Below the pieces are notes generated by a model, which saw nothing but the letters and a program-made list of their open reading frames with translations, had not been told where the DNA came from and searched no databases. This document shows positions 13,036-14,427 of a stretch of 14,427 nucleotides of DNA, piece by piece. The position numbers and the translations under genes are program-made. Origin of the DNA: Myxococcota bacterium (GTDB lineage: Bacteria > Myxococcota_A > UBA796 > CAJQPC01); NCBI GenBank assembly GCA_023150775.1, contig JAKLKE010000126.1, positions 1-14,427 of the forward strand, given 5' to 3'. Each line of letters begins with the position of its first letter. Position 1 is the first letter of the stretch.

Positions 13036-14427
13036 ATGAAGTCGCACCCGGTTCTCTCCTTCGGCGTCATCGCGGTGGCCCTCGCTGGTTGCCGCACCCC
13101 CACGAACACCACCATCGTGCTGACCTACCCGATCATCGAGGTCAGCTCCAAGTGGGTTGAGTTCGGCCTCACGGAGCACGGCGAGGCGGTCACGCGCACC
13201 TTCACGATCACCAACAACGGCGATCTGCCGATGGGGATCTCCGACATTCGTGAAGGCGGCGGCATGGACGGTGACTTCACCGTCACCTACGACCCCACGC
13301 TCAAGTCTTGCCCCGCCTCCGCTGAAGGCGACACCGGCGAGCCGACCGCGAAGTCCGGCGGCACCGCGCCTCCAGGGCCGGTCATCTCCTCGGACGTCTC
13401 GACCGTAGACTTCGGCAACATCGCCTCGGGCAAGGTCGAGGTGAAGTACATCACCCTGTACAACACCGGCGACGCCGATCTCTCGATCACCAAGGCCGCC
13501 ATCGCGCCGTCTGACAGCCCCTTCTCGATGGTCGTGGACCCTTCGGGCTCCACCATCGCCAAGGGCGGATCGGCCCCGGTGATCCTCCAGTACGCCCCGA
13601 CGACCACCACGGGCGACGAGGCCTCGCTGGTCATCGTCAGCAACGGCAACCCGGCGGTGCTTGAGGTCGCCCTCAAGGGCAACATCGGCGGCGAGCCCAT
13701 CGACACCGACACGGGCAGCGGCGGCGACTCTGGCGGCGGCGACTCCGGCGGCGGTGACTCCGGCGGCGGCGACACCGGCACGGATCCCGGCGACGGCCAG
13801 GTGCTCTTCACCTTAGAGAAGGGCTGCAAGATGCCAGTAGACGTCACCTTCTCGCCGGTCAGCGTCGGGGACGTCTACGGCTCGATCATCATCGAGACCA
13901 AGACCCAAGACCGCGGCGAAGAAGAGGGCGATCCCGAGTACTGGGCCGATCTCGACAACGCCCGCATCGTCGTCTACACGAAGGGTGAGGCCGAGAAGGG
14001 TGAGGGCCGCGCCATCGTGACCCCCCGCTCCGTGCCCTTCGGCTCGGTCTGGACGGGTGAAGAGGAGGTCCGCTACATCCGCGTGCTGAACAGCGGCGAC
14101 GGCGACCTGACGCTCACCGCCCCCACGCTGGACTCCACCTGCGACGCCGCGTTCAGCCTGACCTACTCCTTCGCCGAGGCCGCTGACTCCACGAAGGTGC
14201 TTGAGTCGGGCAAGAGCTCGCTCATCGAGGTCACCTTCATCCCGGAAGACCAGAAGAGCGCCTACTGCACGGTCTACGTCAACTCCGACGACAGCGCCAA
14301 CCCCTCGGTGCCGGTCTACCTCCAGGGCAACAACGGCACCGACCCGGACAACGTCGCGCCGACGGTGAACATCCGCTCGCCTGAGCCTGGGTACATGCAC
14401 AACAACCCCGGCCCCATCGAGATGGAG
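13036..14427 (+). CDS. lipoprotein with repeated choice-of-anchor-D/ASH-like (DUF1573-type) beta-sandwich domains and a Gly/Asp/Ser linker (3'-truncated by the window edge)
   Basis: This frame-1 ORF is open from the ATG at 13036 to the window end, so it is absent from the supplied track (no stop). The N-terminus MKSHPVLSFGVIAVALAGC is a signal peptide plus lipobox (L-A-G-C). There are at least three repeats of the pattern 'V.FG......v.r.i.l.N.GD.DL.I' ('VEFGLTEHGEAVTRTFTITNNGDLPMGISDI', 'VDFGNIASGKVEVKYITLYNTGDADLSITKAAI', 'VPFGSVWTGEEEVRYIRVLNSGDGDLTLTAP'). A (GGGDS)3GGGDTG linker follows. Confidence 0.75.
   Translation, partial: MKSHPVLSFGVIAVALAGCRTPTNTTIVLTYPIIEVSSKWVEFGLTEHGEAVTRTFTITNNGDLPMGISDIREGGGMDGDFTVTYDPTLKSCPASAEGDTGEPTAKSGGTAPPGPVISSDVSTVDFGNIASGKVEVKYITLYNTGDADLSITKAAIAPSDSPFSMVVDPSGSTIAKGGSAPVILQYAPTTTTGDEASLVIVSNGNPAVLEVALKGNIGGEPIDTDTGSGGDSGGGDSGGGDSGGGDTGTDPGDGQVLFTLEKGCKMPVDVTFSPVSVGDVYGSIIIETKTQDRGEEEGDPEYWADLDNARIVVYTKGEAEKGEGRAIVTPRSVPFGSVWTGEEEVRYIRVLNSGDGDLTLTAPTLDSTCDAAFSLTYSFAEAADSTKVLESGKSSLIEVTFIPEDQKSAYCTVYVNSDDSANPSVPVYLQGNNGTDPDNVAPTVNIRSPEPGYMHNNPGPIEME
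13717..13779 (+). repeat. tandem 15-nt coding repeat (~4 units, ggcggcggcgactcY) encoding (GGGDS)n
   Basis: Direct reading: agc ggc ggc gac tct / ggc ggc ggc gac tcc / ggc ggc ggt gac tcc / ggc ggc ggc gac acc, in frame inside the lipoprotein gene. Confidence 0.8.

Noticed and set aside
13287-14400. Two - strand ORFs (186 and 195 aa) including an (SPPPE)n repeat
   Set aside because: They are the antisense reading of the lipoprotein gene and its GGGDS tandem repeat. The + frame has lipobox and domain-repeat support.
1-14427. CRISPR arrays, IS elements/transposases, integrases, rRNA
   Set aside because: I saw no regularly spaced direct repeats, no terminal inverted repeats flanking a transposase-like ORF, and no rRNA-like conserved blocks. 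The only tandem repeat is the in-frame 15-nt coding repeat at 13717-13779.

Overview
High-GC (~70%) bacterial chromosomal segment; the codon bias and gene content look myxobacterial/deltaproteobacterial. I can support 12 protein-coding genes. Eleven are on the + strand and one long gene is on the - strand. In order: (1) the 3' part of a Hanks-type Ser/Thr kinase fused to a STAND/AAA_16-like NTPase module with a degenerate P-loop and a long Ala/Leu/Arg helical region; (2) a tightly coupled orphan protein with a signal-peptide-like N-terminus; (3) on the - strand, a clear homologue of the eukaryotic major vault protein (MVP); (4) a yifB/comM-family Mg-chelatase-like AAA+ ATPase, then a small DUF3006-like ORF and recA, linked by overlapping stop/start codons; (5) an alpha/beta-hydrolase-fold protein lacking the nucleophile Ser; (6) a GNAT acetyltransferase preceded by a ~230-nt non-coding leader that ends in a textbook intrinsic terminator; (7) a DAGK_cat/YegS-type lipid kinase; (8) an HU-family DNA-binding protein behind an AT-rich, palindrome-rich promoter region; (9) a monofunctional GTP cyclohydrolase II (ribA); (10) the 5' part of a lipoprotein (lipobox LAGC) built from choice-of-anchor-D/ASH-like beta-sandwich repeats, with a (GGGDS)n linker encoded by a 15-nt tandem DNA repeat. 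I found no rRNA, tRNA, CRISPR array or IS/transposase. Most long ORFs on the opposite strand of each gene are typical high-GC antisense artefacts. The most unusual content is the bacterial MVP (vault shell protein) homologue, followed by the comM-DUF3006-recA arrangement and the candidate riboswitch or sRNA upstream of the GNAT gene.
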